Shown here: piece after piece, positions 1 through 9,990 of the stretch | Position numbering within the stretch: the first letter of the stretch is position 1 | Layout: each line of letters opens with the position of its first letter | Assembly: GCA_036559525.1 (NCBI GenBank) | Contig: DATBSZ010000231.1 | Location: forward strand, 1-55,477 | DNA from: Burkholderiales bacterium | Lineage (GTDB): Bacteria > Pseudomonadota > Gammaproteobacteria > Burkholderiales > SG8-39 | Direction: 5' to 3' | Length of the DNA: 55,477 nucleotides | Notes under the pieces: model-generated | What the model saw: only the letters and a program-made list of their open reading frames with translations | The model's database searches: none | Told to the model about the DNA's origin: nothing | Translations under genes and position numbers: made by a program

Positions 1-1420
1 CATCCAGCCGGATGAGGTCGACGCCCGAAGCGAAATCCGCGATCACTTCGGCGCCCGCGTCGTCAAACGCGTTCTTGATGATGAAGCTGTCGGCCCCCGC
101 GCCGCCGATGAGGGAGTCGGACCCGTCATCGGTGAACTCGCCGCCGGCGAGCGTATCGTCGCCCGCGCCGCCGTCGATGGTGTCCGCGAAGCCCCCGCCC
201 ACAATGCTGTCGTTCCCGCCCCGGCCGTCGAGCCGGCTTGCCGCATAGGTCACGTGGATGCGGTTGTCCAGCTCGTTGCCGATGGCCGTGACGCCGGATT
301 CGGACACGTCGTTGTTGATGGTGAGATTCTCGAAGCCGGCGGCGAGGGTCCAGCTCCTGTCGTAGACGATCACGTGGTCGATGCCGCCCGCGTCAATCAG
401 TACGTCGAAGCCGTTGTCGACATGGAAAACGTCGTCGCCCAGACCGCCGTCCAGCGTGTCGGGCGCCGAGCTGACGAAATCCGGTCCCGCGGCGCTCATG
501 AGCGTGTCGTTGCCATCGCCGCCCACGAGATGGTCGCTGGCCTCGGTAAAATCCTCTTCGTTCCACCCGTCGGACAGCAGATCGTTTCCCGCGCCGCCGA
601 TGAGCGAATCGCTGCCGCCCATGCCGTTGATCGTGTCGTTGCCGCCGAGCCCGTCGATGGTGTCATTGCCGCTCGTGCCGGTGAGCGTATCGTCGCCCGG
701 CGTGCCGTTGATGACTTGCCCTCCGCCGGATCCGCCTTCGACCATGATGTCGGTCGCGACGAGCGTCGCGCCGCTTTGCAACGTGGCAATCAATAGCTTG
801 GCACCGGCGCCGTTGCCGTCGGCGTCGTAGAAGACCTGCTGCGTGGCGGTGTTGTAGAGCACGCGGTCGTCTGCGTCGGTGGCGGTGCCCGTGGAGTTCG
901 CCTTGAAGCGTGCGTCGCCGGTTGCGAAGTTGCCGGACACGCCGAGCGTTGCCATGACCGTGCCGTCGAGCAGCAACTTGTCCGATCCCGAGGCCCAGTC
1001 GCCGATCGTGTCGGCGTTCGCCGTGCCGGTCTCGCGGAAGATGAACGTGTCGCCGCCCGTGCCGCCCCACAGCGTGTCGACGCCACTCCCACCCGCCAGC
1101 GTGTCGAAGCCGGCGCGCGCGGAGAAGCTGTCGGCACCGGCGGTGCCGGTGAGGCTGTCGCCGCCGTCGCTGCCCCATACACGTTCGATGTTCACGAACG
1201 TGCCGCTAAAGCCGCCGCTCAGCGTTCCCGCGGACAGGTTCACCGTGAGGCCGGTGACCGTGGCCCTCAGGTCCAGCGTGTCGAAGCCCGTGCCGCCGTC
1301 ATAGAAATCGGTGCCGGCGCTGCCCGCAAGGGTGTCATTGCCGCCCAAGCCATTGATGGTGTCGTTGCCGCCTGTACCGGCGAGGTTATCGTTGCCGGCC
1401 GTACCGTTGATGAGCGCCAC
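1..1420 (-). CDS. RTX-type calcium-binding repeat protein (N-terminal part; runs off the window start)
   Basis: Hand translation of the minus frame from GTG at 1420 (GGAGG 4 nt upstream) gives VALINGTAGNDNLAGTGGNDTINGLGGNDTLAGSAGTDFY. The same frame at 140-184 still reads DTIDGGAGDDTLAGG. These are GGxGxD nonapeptide repeats. The ORF is absent from the track because it has no stop inside the window. Confidence 0.8.
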   Translation of the reverse strand, partial: MALINGTAGNDNLAGTGGNDTINGLGGNDTLAGSAGTDFYDGGTGFDTLDLRATVTGLTVNLSAGTLSGGFSGTFVNIERVWGSDGGDSLTGTAGADSFSARAGFDTLAGGSGVDTLWGGTGGDTFIFRETGTANADTIGDWASGSDKLLLDGTVMATLGVSGNFATGDARFKANSTGTATDADDRVLYNTATQQVFYDADGNGAGAKLLIATLQSGATLVATDIMVEGGSGGGQVINGTPGDDTLTGTSGNDTIDGLGGNDTINGMGGSDSLIGGAGNDLLSDGWNEEDFTEASDHLVGGDGNDTLMSAAGPDFVSSAPDTLDGGLGDDVFHVDNGFDVLIDAGGIDHVIVYDRSWTLAAGFENLTINNDVSESGVTAIGNELDNRIHVTYAASRLDGRGGNDSIVGGGFADTIDGGAGDDTLAGGEFTDDGSDSLIGGAGADSFIIKNAFDDAGAEVIADFASGVDLIRLD

Positions 1421-1492
1421 ACTTCCTCCTGCGAGGGATCGAGTCGCAGGAGTCTGTGATGCCGGCTCGGACCGGTCGATAGTCCTGTTAGC

Positions 1493-3157
<1,665 letters not shown>

Positions 3158-3164
3158 CGCCGGG

Positions 3165-4130
3165 ATGCGCGTGCGCTTCTGGGGGACGCGCGGCTCGCTG
3201 CCGGTCGCGCTGACCTGGCGCGACGTGCGCGACCGCCTGGCGCGCGCGCTGGTCGTGGCGAACGGCCGCGGCCTCGATACCCTGGAAAAGGCGCAGGCCT
3301 TCGCCGAGCACGAGCTCGGCTTTCCGCTGACCCATACCTACGGCGGGCACACCTCGTGCGTCGAGGTCGAGCTGCCGCAGGCGCAGCCCGACGAGTATTT
3401 CGTCTGCGACATGGGGAGCGGTGCGCGCCCCTTCGGTGAGCACGTGGCGGCGCGCCAGGCCGGGCGTGCAGCCACGGTCAACGTGTTCATGTCGCACATG
3501 CACTGGGACCACATCATGGGGTTCCCCTTCTTCGGGCCGGCGTACCGGGGCGGCAACCGCATCCGCATCCACGGCTGCCACGCGGCGCTGGAGCAGGCTT
3601 TCCGCCGGCAGCAGGATCCGCCTTCCTTCCCCGTGCCGTTCTCGCAGCTCGCCGCGCGGATCGAGTTCGTGCGCCTCACTCCCGGCGAGGCGTTCGAGCT
3701 TCCCGGCGGCACCGTGACGCCGCAGCTCCAGGACCATTCCGGCGACTCGTACGGCTTTCGGTTCGAGAGCCGCGGCAAATCGCTCGTCTACACCACCGAC
3801 TCGGAGCACAAGCTCGACGACCAGGAGGCGCGGCAGCGCATCGTCGAGTTCTTCCGCGAGGCCGATCTCGTGGTGTTCGACTCCATGTATTCGCTCGCCG
3901 AGGCGGTTTCGGTCAAGGCCGACTGGGGGCATTCGAGCAACGTCGTCGGCGTCGAGCTGTGCCAGGCGGCGCGTGCGCGCAAGCTCGCCCTTTTCCATCA
4001 CGAGCCGGCCAATGGCGACGACGCCATCGAGCGCATCCTGCGCGAGACGCGCCGCCTCGAGGAGTTGACGCGCGACGGCCACCCGCTGGAAGTCATCGCC
4101 GCCTACGACGGCCTGGAGATCGATCTCTGA
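3165..4130 (+). CDS. MBL-fold metallo-hydrolase
   Basis: 321 aa. N-terminus MRVRFWGTRGS and an HxHxDH motif (SHMHWDH). Downstream metal ligands are plausible (DSEH, GHSS, FHHEP). Confidence 0.85.
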   Translation: MRVRFWGTRGSLPVALTWRDVRDRLARALVVANGRGLDTLEKAQAFAEHELGFPLTHTYGGHTSCVEVELPQAQPDEYFVCDMGSGARPFGEHVAARQAGRAATVNVFMSHMHWDHIMGFPFFGPAYRGGNRIRIHGCHAALEQAFRRQQDPPSFPVPFSQLAARIEFVRLTPGEAFELPGGTVTPQLQDHSGDSYGFRFESRGKSLVYTTDSEHKLDDQEARQRIVEFFREADLVVFDSMYSLAEAVSVKADWGHSSNVVGVELCQAARARKLALFHHEPANGDDAIERILRETRRLEELTRDGHPLEVIAAYDGLEIDL

Positions 4131-4180
4131 GCGTCGGCGCGGGCCCGCGTGCGCTCGGCTCGACGGTAGCAGCGGTCTGC

Positions 4181-6091
4181 GTGCTGCTCCTCGCGCTCGA
4201 CCTGCCGGGCGTGGCAGTGTGGCGAGAAGCCCTGTTCGATGCCTACCAGAGGATCCTGCCGCGCAGCCGCGTCTCGGCGCCGGCGGTGATCGTGGCGATC
4301 GACGAGGATGCGCTCGAGGCCCGAGGCCAGTGGCCCTGGCCGCGCAGCCTGGCCGCGGACCTGATTCGCGCGGTGGCCGACGCCGGCCCGGCGGCCATCG
4401 GAGTCGACCTGTTGTTCGTCGAGCCCGACCGCTCCGCTCCCGGCGCCGACGCGCTGTTCGCGCAGACGCTCCAAGGCCGCAAGGTCGTGCTCGGCATCGC
4501 GGGGCTGGACTACCGCGACCGACGCTCACCGCTGCCGCCAAAGTCGGCGCCGGTGCGCCGGTCGAGCGGCCGCGAGCTGCCGCTGCGGAGCTTCGAAGGT
4601 CATCTGCAAAGCCGCGCCGAGATCGATCGCGCCGCGGCGGGCCGGGGACTTCTCAGCGTGGACTCGCCCGACCGCGTGATCCGGCGCGTGCCGCTGATCG
4701 CCCGAGTCGGCGAGGTCGTGGTTCCGGCACTGTCGGTCGAGATGGTGCGCGTCGCCGCGGGCCTGCCGGCGCTCGGCATCGAGGACCGCGGCGGCCAGCG
4801 CGTCGCGCTGGTCCTCGGCGACCTGGCGATCCCGGTGCAGTCGGACGGCACGCTGCGGCCCTACTTCGGGCGGCACGATCCCGCGCGCTTCGTGTCCGCC
4901 GAGGAGGTGCTGAGCGGCATGGCGCCGCGGGAGCTGCTGCGCGACAAGCTGGTCCTCATCGGCGTCACCGGCCTCGGGCTCCTCGACTTCCAGGCGACTC
5001 CGCTCGGCGAGCGCATCCCGGGGGTCGAAGTCCACGCCCAGATCCTCGAGCAGATCTTCGACGGCGTGTACCTGCTGCGGCCGACTGCAGCCGCCCTGAT
5101 CGAGGCCGCGCTGCTTGCGGCCGCGGCGCTTGCTTTCGTGGTGCTGGTGCCGCGCGCGCGTGCGGCAACGTCCGCACTGCTGCTCGCCGGTACGGTTCTT
5201 CTTTTTGTCTTTATCGGCTTGTTTGCGTTCAAGGCGGGGTTCGTGCTGGACGTTGCCGGCCCGGCCATAGGTGCGCTCGCGGTGTTCGGCGCATTGCTCG
5301 CCGCCACCTTCGCCGAAGCCGACCGCCAGCGCCGGGCGCTGCGCGAAGCGCAGGCGCGGGTCGCCGGCGAGATGGAAGCGGCGCGCCGCATCCAGATGGG
5401 CTTGCTGCCTGCCCCGCGCCGCATCTTTGCCGGCGACGGGCGCTTCGCGCTCGACGCGGGTCTCGAGCCGGCCCGCGTCGTGGGCGGCGATTTCTACGAC
5501 TGCTTCATGCTCGACGATCGGCGCCTGTTCTTCGTGGTCGCCGACGTCTCGGGCAAGGGGCTGGCGGCGAGCCTTTTCATGGCGCTTGCCAAGTCGCTCC
5601 TGAAGAGCATCGCGCTGCGCGGCGGCGCCGATCCGGCTGCGATCCTCACCCAGGCGAGCGCCGAAATCGCGCGCGACAACACGGAATCGTTTTTCGTGAC
5701 CGCTTTCGCCGGCGTGCTCGACGTGCGCTCGGGCGTGCTCGAATTCTGCAATGCCGGCCATGAGCCGCCGTACCTCTGCCGGCCCGGCGCCGCCCCCGAG
5801 CGCCTCGAGCACCCGGGCGGCCCGCCGCTGACCGTGGTGGAGGGCTTCGCCTACCCCTGCGGCCGCCGCAGCCTGTCGCCCGGCGAGACGCTGTGCGTGG
5901 TGACCGATGGCGTGACCGAGGCGATGGACCGCGCCGGCGCGTTCTACGGTGCCGCGCGCCTGCGGACGGTGCTGGGGAAGCAACCCGACGTAACCGCAGT
6001 GCGCGAAGATGTACAGCGCTTCGCCGCCGGCGCCGAGCAGGCGGACGACCTCACGCTGCTCTGCGTGCGCTGGAACGGGCCTGCCAGCTAG
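4181..6091 (+). CDS. CHASE2 sensor domain-containing PP2C (SpoIIE/RsbU-type) serine phosphatase
   Basis: CHASE2 signature VIVAIDEDALEARGQWPWPRSLAADLI...IGVDLLF. Three TM helices follow, then PP2C motifs GGDFYD, VVADVSGKG, TDGVTEA and ADDLTLLCV. The start is uncertain. GTG 4181 is the first canonical start after the MBL stop. CTG 4127 (overlapping the MBL TGA as CTGA) would restore a complete N-terminal TM helix. The track start at GTG 3959 overlaps the MBL gene by 172 nt. Confidence 0.85.
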   Translation: MLLLALDLPGVAVWREALFDAYQRILPRSRVSAPAVIVAIDEDALEARGQWPWPRSLAADLIRAVADAGPAAIGVDLLFVEPDRSAPGADALFAQTLQGRKVVLGIAGLDYRDRRSPLPPKSAPVRRSSGRELPLRSFEGHLQSRAEIDRAAAGRGLLSVDSPDRVIRRVPLIARVGEVVVPALSVEMVRVAAGLPALGIEDRGGQRVALVLGDLAIPVQSDGTLRPYFGRHDPARFVSAEEVLSGMAPRELLRDKLVLIGVTGLGLLDFQATPLGERIPGVEVHAQILEQIFDGVYLLRPTAAALIEAALLAAAALAFVVLVPRARAATSALLLAGTVLLFVFIGLFAFKAGFVLDVAGPAIGALAVFGALLAATFAEADRQRRALREAQARVAGEMEAARRIQMGLLPAPRRIFAGDGRFALDAGLEPARVVGGDFYDCFMLDDRRLFFVVADVSGKGLAASLFMALAKSLLKSIALRGGADPAAILTQASAEIARDNTESFFVTAFAGVLDVRSGVLEFCNAGHEPPYLCRPGAAPERLEHPGGPPLTVVEGFAYPCGRRSLSPGETLCVVTDGVTEAMDRAGAFYGAARLRTVLGKQPDVTAVREDVQRFAAGAEQADDLTLLCVRWNGPAS

Positions 6092-6681
6092 CGGACGTTG
6101 ATCTCGACGCGGCGGTTGCGCGGCTCGTCGACGCCGTCGGCGGTCTGCACCACCGGCTCGCGCTCGCCGCGGCCGGCCGCGCGGATGCGCTCGGCGGCGA
6201 TTCCCTGCGCGACGAAGTTTTCGCGCACGCGCTCGGCGCGCTGCAGCGACAGGCGGTCGTTGTCGTCTTCATTGCCGACGCGGTCGGTATGCCCGATCAC
6301 CAGGATGTCGGGCGAAGGGCGGCGGCGCAGCTCTTCCAGCATGCGCGCGAGCTCCCCTTTCGATTCTTCGGTGAGCTCGTCGCTGCCCATGACGAAGTAG
6401 AGCAGGAACGCGGCCGGGCGGGCTGGAATCGCCGCAGCCGTGGCGGCGAAAGCGCTGCGCACTTGCCCGTCGGTGAGCTGAGCGGGGCCGCTGTCGCGGC
6501 CGATGCGATGGGCTGCGTAGGGCTTGTCGAGCACCGTGCGCTTGCCGCCGTGCTCGACGACTACGGCGCCGGTGTGACCGTCTGCGCTCGGGACCAACAC
6601 CACGAGCTCCGCCGCTGGCGACGGAACCGAAGGCTGGCTGAACACGATGACCAGCGCCATGATGGCGAGCACCGCCACCAT
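6088..6681 (-). CDS. OmpA-family (peptidoglycan-binding) protein with N-terminal membrane anchor
   Basis: 197 aa. C-terminal OmpA_C motif ILVIGHTDRVGNEDDNDRLSLQRAERVRENF. Its stop shares CTAG with the convergent CHASE2 gene stop. Confidence 0.85.
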   Translation of the reverse strand: MVAVLAIMALVIVFSQPSVPSPAAELVVLVPSADGHTGAVVVEHGGKRTVLDKPYAAHRIGRDSGPAQLTDGQVRSAFAATAAAIPARPAAFLLYFVMGSDELTEESKGELARMLEELRRRPSPDILVIGHTDRVGNEDDNDRLSLQRAERVRENFVAQGIAAERIRAAGRGEREPVVQTADGVDEPRNRRVEINVR

Positions 6682-6684
6682 GGT

Positions 6685-7122
6685 TTACCGGCCCGGCTCG
6701 GTAACCTTGACGAAGAACTCCGTGCCGCGCACGCCCATGATGCTCGAGGGCGTATGCACGCGCATCGACTCGGGGGAGCGCTTGACCATCCGGCCCGAGA
6801 CCACGGCGAGCGTGCCGCGCTTGAGCGAGGCGTCGAACTGGCCGTCGTGGGTGGTGCTGTCGAAGCTGTAGCGGTCGATCGCGAGCACGCTGCCGGGCCC
6901 GATCGAAAGCAGGCTGTTGTCGAGGAAGGTGACCCCGACCGAGCCGTCGGCGCCGGTGACCAGCACATCGGACTGCCGCACGCTCATGCCCTGCGCCGCG
7001 GCGAGCTTCTGCCCGTCGCGCTCCACGTGCACCGTACCGCGCATGTTCTTGATCTGGCCGACGTCGTTCGCGTAGGAAACTGCCGCGAACGCCAACGCCG
7101 CCAGGGTGACAATCCAACGCAT
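6685..7122 (-). CDS. FecR-domain periplasmic protein
   Basis: Internal ATG at 7122 with a GGGAGG Shine-Dalgarno. Signal peptide MRWIVTLAALAFAAVSYA. FecR-like body (GTVHVERDG...QSDVLVTGADGSVGVTFLDNS). The stop lies 3 nt before the OmpA ATG. Confidence 0.8.
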   Translation of the reverse strand: MRWIVTLAALAFAAVSYANDVGQIKNMRGTVHVERDGQKLAAAQGMSVRQSDVLVTGADGSVGVTFLDNSLLSIGPGSVLAIDRYSFDSTTHDGQFDASLKRGTLAVVSGRMVKRSPESMRVHTPSSIMGVRGTEFFVKVTEPGR

Positions 7123-7154
7123 CGTGACCTCCCTACCAGGTCCGTAGACGGCCA

Positions 7155-7164
7155 ATTCTATAAT
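7155..7164. promoter_or_regulatory. Bidirectional -10 element ATTCTATAAT (TATAAT plus strand, TAGAAT minus strand)
   Basis: Lies between divergent fecR-like (ATG 7122) and rsbW-like genes. It has the same decamer architecture as 2768-2777. Confidence 0.4.
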
Positions 7165-7189
7165 GCACCCCCACCTCCCCGTGTGCACT

Positions 7190-7606
7190 ATGTCCGCGCT
7201 CTCACGATCTACCATGTTCCAGGCCCGGCGCGAGGAATTGCACGGCTTGCGCGCCTTCGTCGAGGCATTCTGCGCGCAGGCGGCCATGGGCCGGGACGCC
7301 TGCCTGCGCCTCAACCTGGTGCTCGAGGAGCTTTTCACGAACACGCTTCGCCACGGGCACCGCGGCGACTCCGACGCGCCCGTCTGGGTGAGCTTGTCCG
7401 GCGGGCAGGACCGGCGCGTGACGGTGAGCTACGAAGACACCGCGCGGCCGTTCAACCCGTTTCCGCGAAAGTCGCCGGATACGACGCAGGAGCTCCACAA
7501 GCTCGAAGGCCGCGGCGTGCTGCTGCTGCGCACGCTCTCGGTGAAGCGCGAGTACGCCTACCTCTTCGGCCGCAACCGCATCCGCGTCGTGCTCGATACC
7601 GGTTGA
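7190..7606 (+). CDS. RsbW/SpoIIAB-like anti-sigma regulatory serine kinase (HATPase_c)
   Basis: N-box LVLEELFTNTLRHG, about 140 aa. The track ATG at 7163 sits inside the TATAAT box, so ATG 7190 is preferred. ATG 7214 is also possible. Confidence 0.75.
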   Translation: MSALSRSTMFQARREELHGLRAFVEAFCAQAAMGRDACLRLNLVLEELFTNTLRHGHRGDSDAPVWVSLSGGQDRRVTVSYEDTARPFNPFPRKSPDTTQELHKLEGRGVLLLRTLSVKREYAYLFGRNRIRVVLDTG

Positions 7607-7627
7607 GAGGCTGGTGCCGGGGCCGCT

Positions 7628-7644
7628 GACGGGCGGTGCCCGTC
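7628..7644. terminator. GC-rich hairpin GACGGGC-ggt-GCCCGTC between convergent genes
   Basis: 7-bp perfect stem with a 3-nt loop and no clear U-tract on either strand. Confidence 0.25.
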
Positions 7645-7730
7645 ACGATAAGGAATCGGCACGTCGGGAATCCTGAAGCCCTGCCCTAGGTGCGGTAAGA
7701 AGCGGGGCGAAGTCGTCGAGCGGGGCGCGC

Positions 7731-7997
7731 CTAGTTGCCACGTTGCTTCTTGTCAGCGTCATTCGGAGGAGGTCTGTCTCGAGTATCCAGACCTACGGCA
7801 CGCCACAACAGCTCCGCCCAAACCCACGCGGTCGCTAGCGAAACAGTAATGATGAAAAGCCACCAACGGGGCCCGCCCAGCTCCCCGAACATCCACAAGG
7901 CGCTAATGCACAAAATGCTGCCAACGCTCGTAATGACGAACGAAACAAAGTTGCTCTTATGGCTCAGGTACTCGGCGAATTTGACACGCCAATGCAT
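7731..7997 (-). CDS. Small hypothetical membrane protein (about 88 aa, two predicted TM helices)
   Basis: Internal ATG 7997 gives MHWRVKFAEYLSHKSNFVSFVITSVGSILCISALWMF...WWLFIITVSLATAWVWAELLW. Local composition is visibly more A/T-rich than the flanks. The upstream part of the track ORF runs through tRNA-Leu and is rejected. Confidence 0.4.
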   Translation of the reverse strand: MHWRVKFAEYLSHKSNFVSFVITSVGSILCISALWMFGELGGPRWWLFIITVSLATAWVWAELLWRAVGLDTRDRPPPNDADKKQRGN

Positions 7998-8181
7998 GCG
8001 CGAACTAGGTGGTATGTGGCGTCCTGGTGATTTCTCTTCTTCTTGAAGGCCATGATGCGGACGCAGCAACCGCTGGCTAGTTACATGCGTCACCGAATGG
8101 ACAGCGTCGGTGTGCGCTAGCGCACAGCTTTGAGCCGATAGTCGCTTGCAAGCGCGACAGCAGTGAGCAGCGAAGGGGTGT

Positions 8182-8268
8182 TGGTGCCCGGGGCCGGACT
8201 CCAACCGGCACGGCCTTGCGGCCAAGGGATTTTAAGTCCCTTGCGTCTAGCAGTTTCGCCACCCGGGC
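8182..8268 (-). tRNA. leuZ: tRNA-Leu (anticodon UAA), class II, CCA encoded
   Basis: Reverse complement: GCCCGGGTGGCGAAACTGCTAGACGCAAGGGACTTAAAATCCCTTGGCCGCAAGGCCGTGCCGGTTGGAGTCCGGCCCCGGGCACCA. It has a perfect 7-bp acceptor stem, anticodon loop CTTAAAA and a long variable arm. The D-loop and T-loop are non-canonical (see findings). Confidence 0.85.
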
Positions 8269-8286
8269 GGCGGATAGAATTTTGCC

Positions 8287-9915
8287 ATGCCCGACGTCCG
8301 GCGCCTGATCGACGAAGGCTTGCTCGACGAAGCGGCGCGTCAGCTCGAAGACGCTCCCGACACCCGCCTGATGCTACGCCTGGCGGCGGCGCTCCAGGAC
8401 CGCGGCCGCCCCGACGACGCGCTCGGCTGGTATCGCCGCATCCTGGAGGTCGATCCGGGCAACGGCGACGCGCTTCTCTGCCTCGCCGTGCTGCACGAGG
8501 AAGTCGACATCGAGCAGGCGCGCGGCTTCATGGATCGCTACGTCGCGCTGCGCGGCGACGCCGCGGGCCGACTGCGCCGCGCGCTGATGCTGCCGGCGAT
8601 CGCCCAGTCCGGCGAGCACATCGAGCGGGTCACGAAGCGCCTGGAAGCCGAGCTGGACGAGCTCTCGAACGGGCGCTTCGCGCCGATCCGCCAGCCCGAG
8701 TTCGAGGTCGGCGCGACGCCCTTCTTCCTCGCGTACTACGGGCGCAACCCGAAGCCGCTCCTCGAGAAGGTGGCGCGCGCCTGCCGGGCGGTCTATCCCA
8801 CCGAGACGCGCTGCGAGCGCAAGCTCTTCGCTTCCGGAAAAAAGCTGCGCATCGGCTTCATCTCCGCGCACTTCAGCGAGCACTCGGTGGCGAAGACGAT
8901 GTGGGGTTTCGTGCGCGACCTGCCGCGCGAAAGCTTCGACGTGCACGTGTTCGCGATCGCGCCCGCCGGCGACGCATGGAGCGAGCGCCTGCGGCGCGAC
9001 GCGGACCACTACGCCGCCCTGCCGGTGGACCTCGAGCGCGCGCGCGATGCGATCGCGTCCGCAAAGCTGGATATCGCGTTCTTCACCGACATCGGCATGG
9101 ACCCGCTCACCTATTTCCTGGCGTTCTGGCGCCTCGCGCCGATCCAGCTCAATAGCTGGGGGCATTCGGTGACGAGCGGAATCGACACCATCGACTACTA
9201 CGTGTCGCACGACGGGGTCGAGCTGCCGGAGGCGCAGTCGCACTACAGCGAGAAGCTGATCCGCCTGCCGGGCTACTGCATGCCGCGCTATCTGCGGCCT
9301 GCGCTCGCCGGGGCGAAGAAGACGCGCGAGGCGCTCGGCCTGCCGCCGGCCAGGCGCCTGTACTACTGCCCGCAGAACCTGTTCAAGTTCCACCCGGATT
9401 TCGACGCCGCGCTCAAGGCGATCCTCGAGCGCGACTCCGAAGGCGAAGTGGTGCTGGTGGACTCGGCACGGCCCTGGACCGGCCAGCTCGCGCAGCGGCT
9501 GAGCCGCACGCTCGGCGCGGTGGGCGCCCGGGTGCGCCTGCTGCCGCGAATGCGGCATGCCGACTTCCTGCAGCACCTCTCCGCGGCCGACGTGGTGCTC
9601 GATCCGTTCTACTTCGGCGGCTGCAATTCGAGCTGCGACACCTTCGCGCTCGGCGCGCCGATCGTCACGCTGCCCGGATTCCTCCTGCCGGGACGATTCA
9701 CGTTGGGGTTATACAAGGAAATGAATATTGAGGAGTGCGTGGCGCGTTCGCCCGACGAATTCGTCGACATCGCGCTGCGGCTGGGCCACGACCCTGCCTA
9801 TCGCGAAGAGATTTCCCGCAGAATCTCCAGGAACGCCGAGCGCTTGTTCGACCGCCCCGATTGCGGAAGGGCGCTCGGGGCGGCGCTGTTACGGATTGCC
9901 GAGGAAAGAAGGTAA
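8287..9915 (+). CDS. TPR plus GT41-like O-GlcNAc transferase family protein (SPINDLY/COG3914-like)
   Basis: 542 aa. N-terminal TPR-like helices. The family-typical core is LRIGFISAHFSEHSV...FDVHVFA, with a C-terminal Rossmann half (LYYCPQNLFKFHP...LDPFYFGGCNSSCD). TAGAAT at 8275-8280 lies 6 nt before the ATG, and there is no Shine-Dalgarno. Confidence 0.7.
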   Translation: MPDVRRLIDEGLLDEAARQLEDAPDTRLMLRLAAALQDRGRPDDALGWYRRILEVDPGNGDALLCLAVLHEEVDIEQARGFMDRYVALRGDAAGRLRRALMLPAIAQSGEHIERVTKRLEAELDELSNGRFAPIRQPEFEVGATPFFLAYYGRNPKPLLEKVARACRAVYPTETRCERKLFASGKKLRIGFISAHFSEHSVAKTMWGFVRDLPRESFDVHVFAIAPAGDAWSERLRRDADHYAALPVDLERARDAIASAKLDIAFFTDIGMDPLTYFLAFWRLAPIQLNSWGHSVTSGIDTIDYYVSHDGVELPEAQSHYSEKLIRLPGYCMPRYLRPALAGAKKTREALGLPPARRLYYCPQNLFKFHPDFDAALKAILERDSEGEVVLVDSARPWTGQLAQRLSRTLGAVGARVRLLPRMRHADFLQHLSAADVVLDPFYFGGCNSSCDTFALGAPIVTLPGFLLPGRFTLGLYKEMNIEECVARSPDEFVDIALRLGHDPAYREEISRRISRNAERLFDRPDCGRALGAALLRIAEERR

Positions 9916-9985
9916 GGCGCGAGTCGGAATCGAACCGGCGTACACGGCTTTGCAGGCCGCTGCATGACCACTCTGCCATCGCGCC
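9915..9985 (-). tRNA. cysT: tRNA-Cys (anticodon GCA), no encoded CCA
   Basis: Reverse complement: GGCGCGATGGCAGAGTGGTCATGCAGCGGCCTGCAAAGCCGTGTACGCCGGTTCGATTCCGACTCGCGCCT. There is one C-A mismatch in the T stem. The discriminator base overlaps the last base of the convergent OGT-like stop codon. Confidence 0.85.
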
Positions 9986-9990
9986 ATAAG

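Noticed and set aside
3959-4180. Track start (GTG 3959) for the CHASE2 phosphatase
   Set aside because: It would overlap the MBL gene by 172 nt and add an Arg-rich non-membrane N-terminus. The CHASE2 architecture needs an N-terminal TM helix, which begins after the MBL stop.
7163-7189. ATG 7163 as the start of the RsbW-like kinase
   Set aside because: The codon lies inside the TATAAT box of the shared divergent promoter. ATG 7190 keeps the whole conserved kinase core.
8374-9576. 400-aa minus ORF, and the 8163-9155 plus ORF, over the OGT-like gene
   Set aside because: These are shadow frames. One of them also runs through the tRNA-Leu gene. The 8287-9915 frame has the coherent TPR plus GT41-like sequence.
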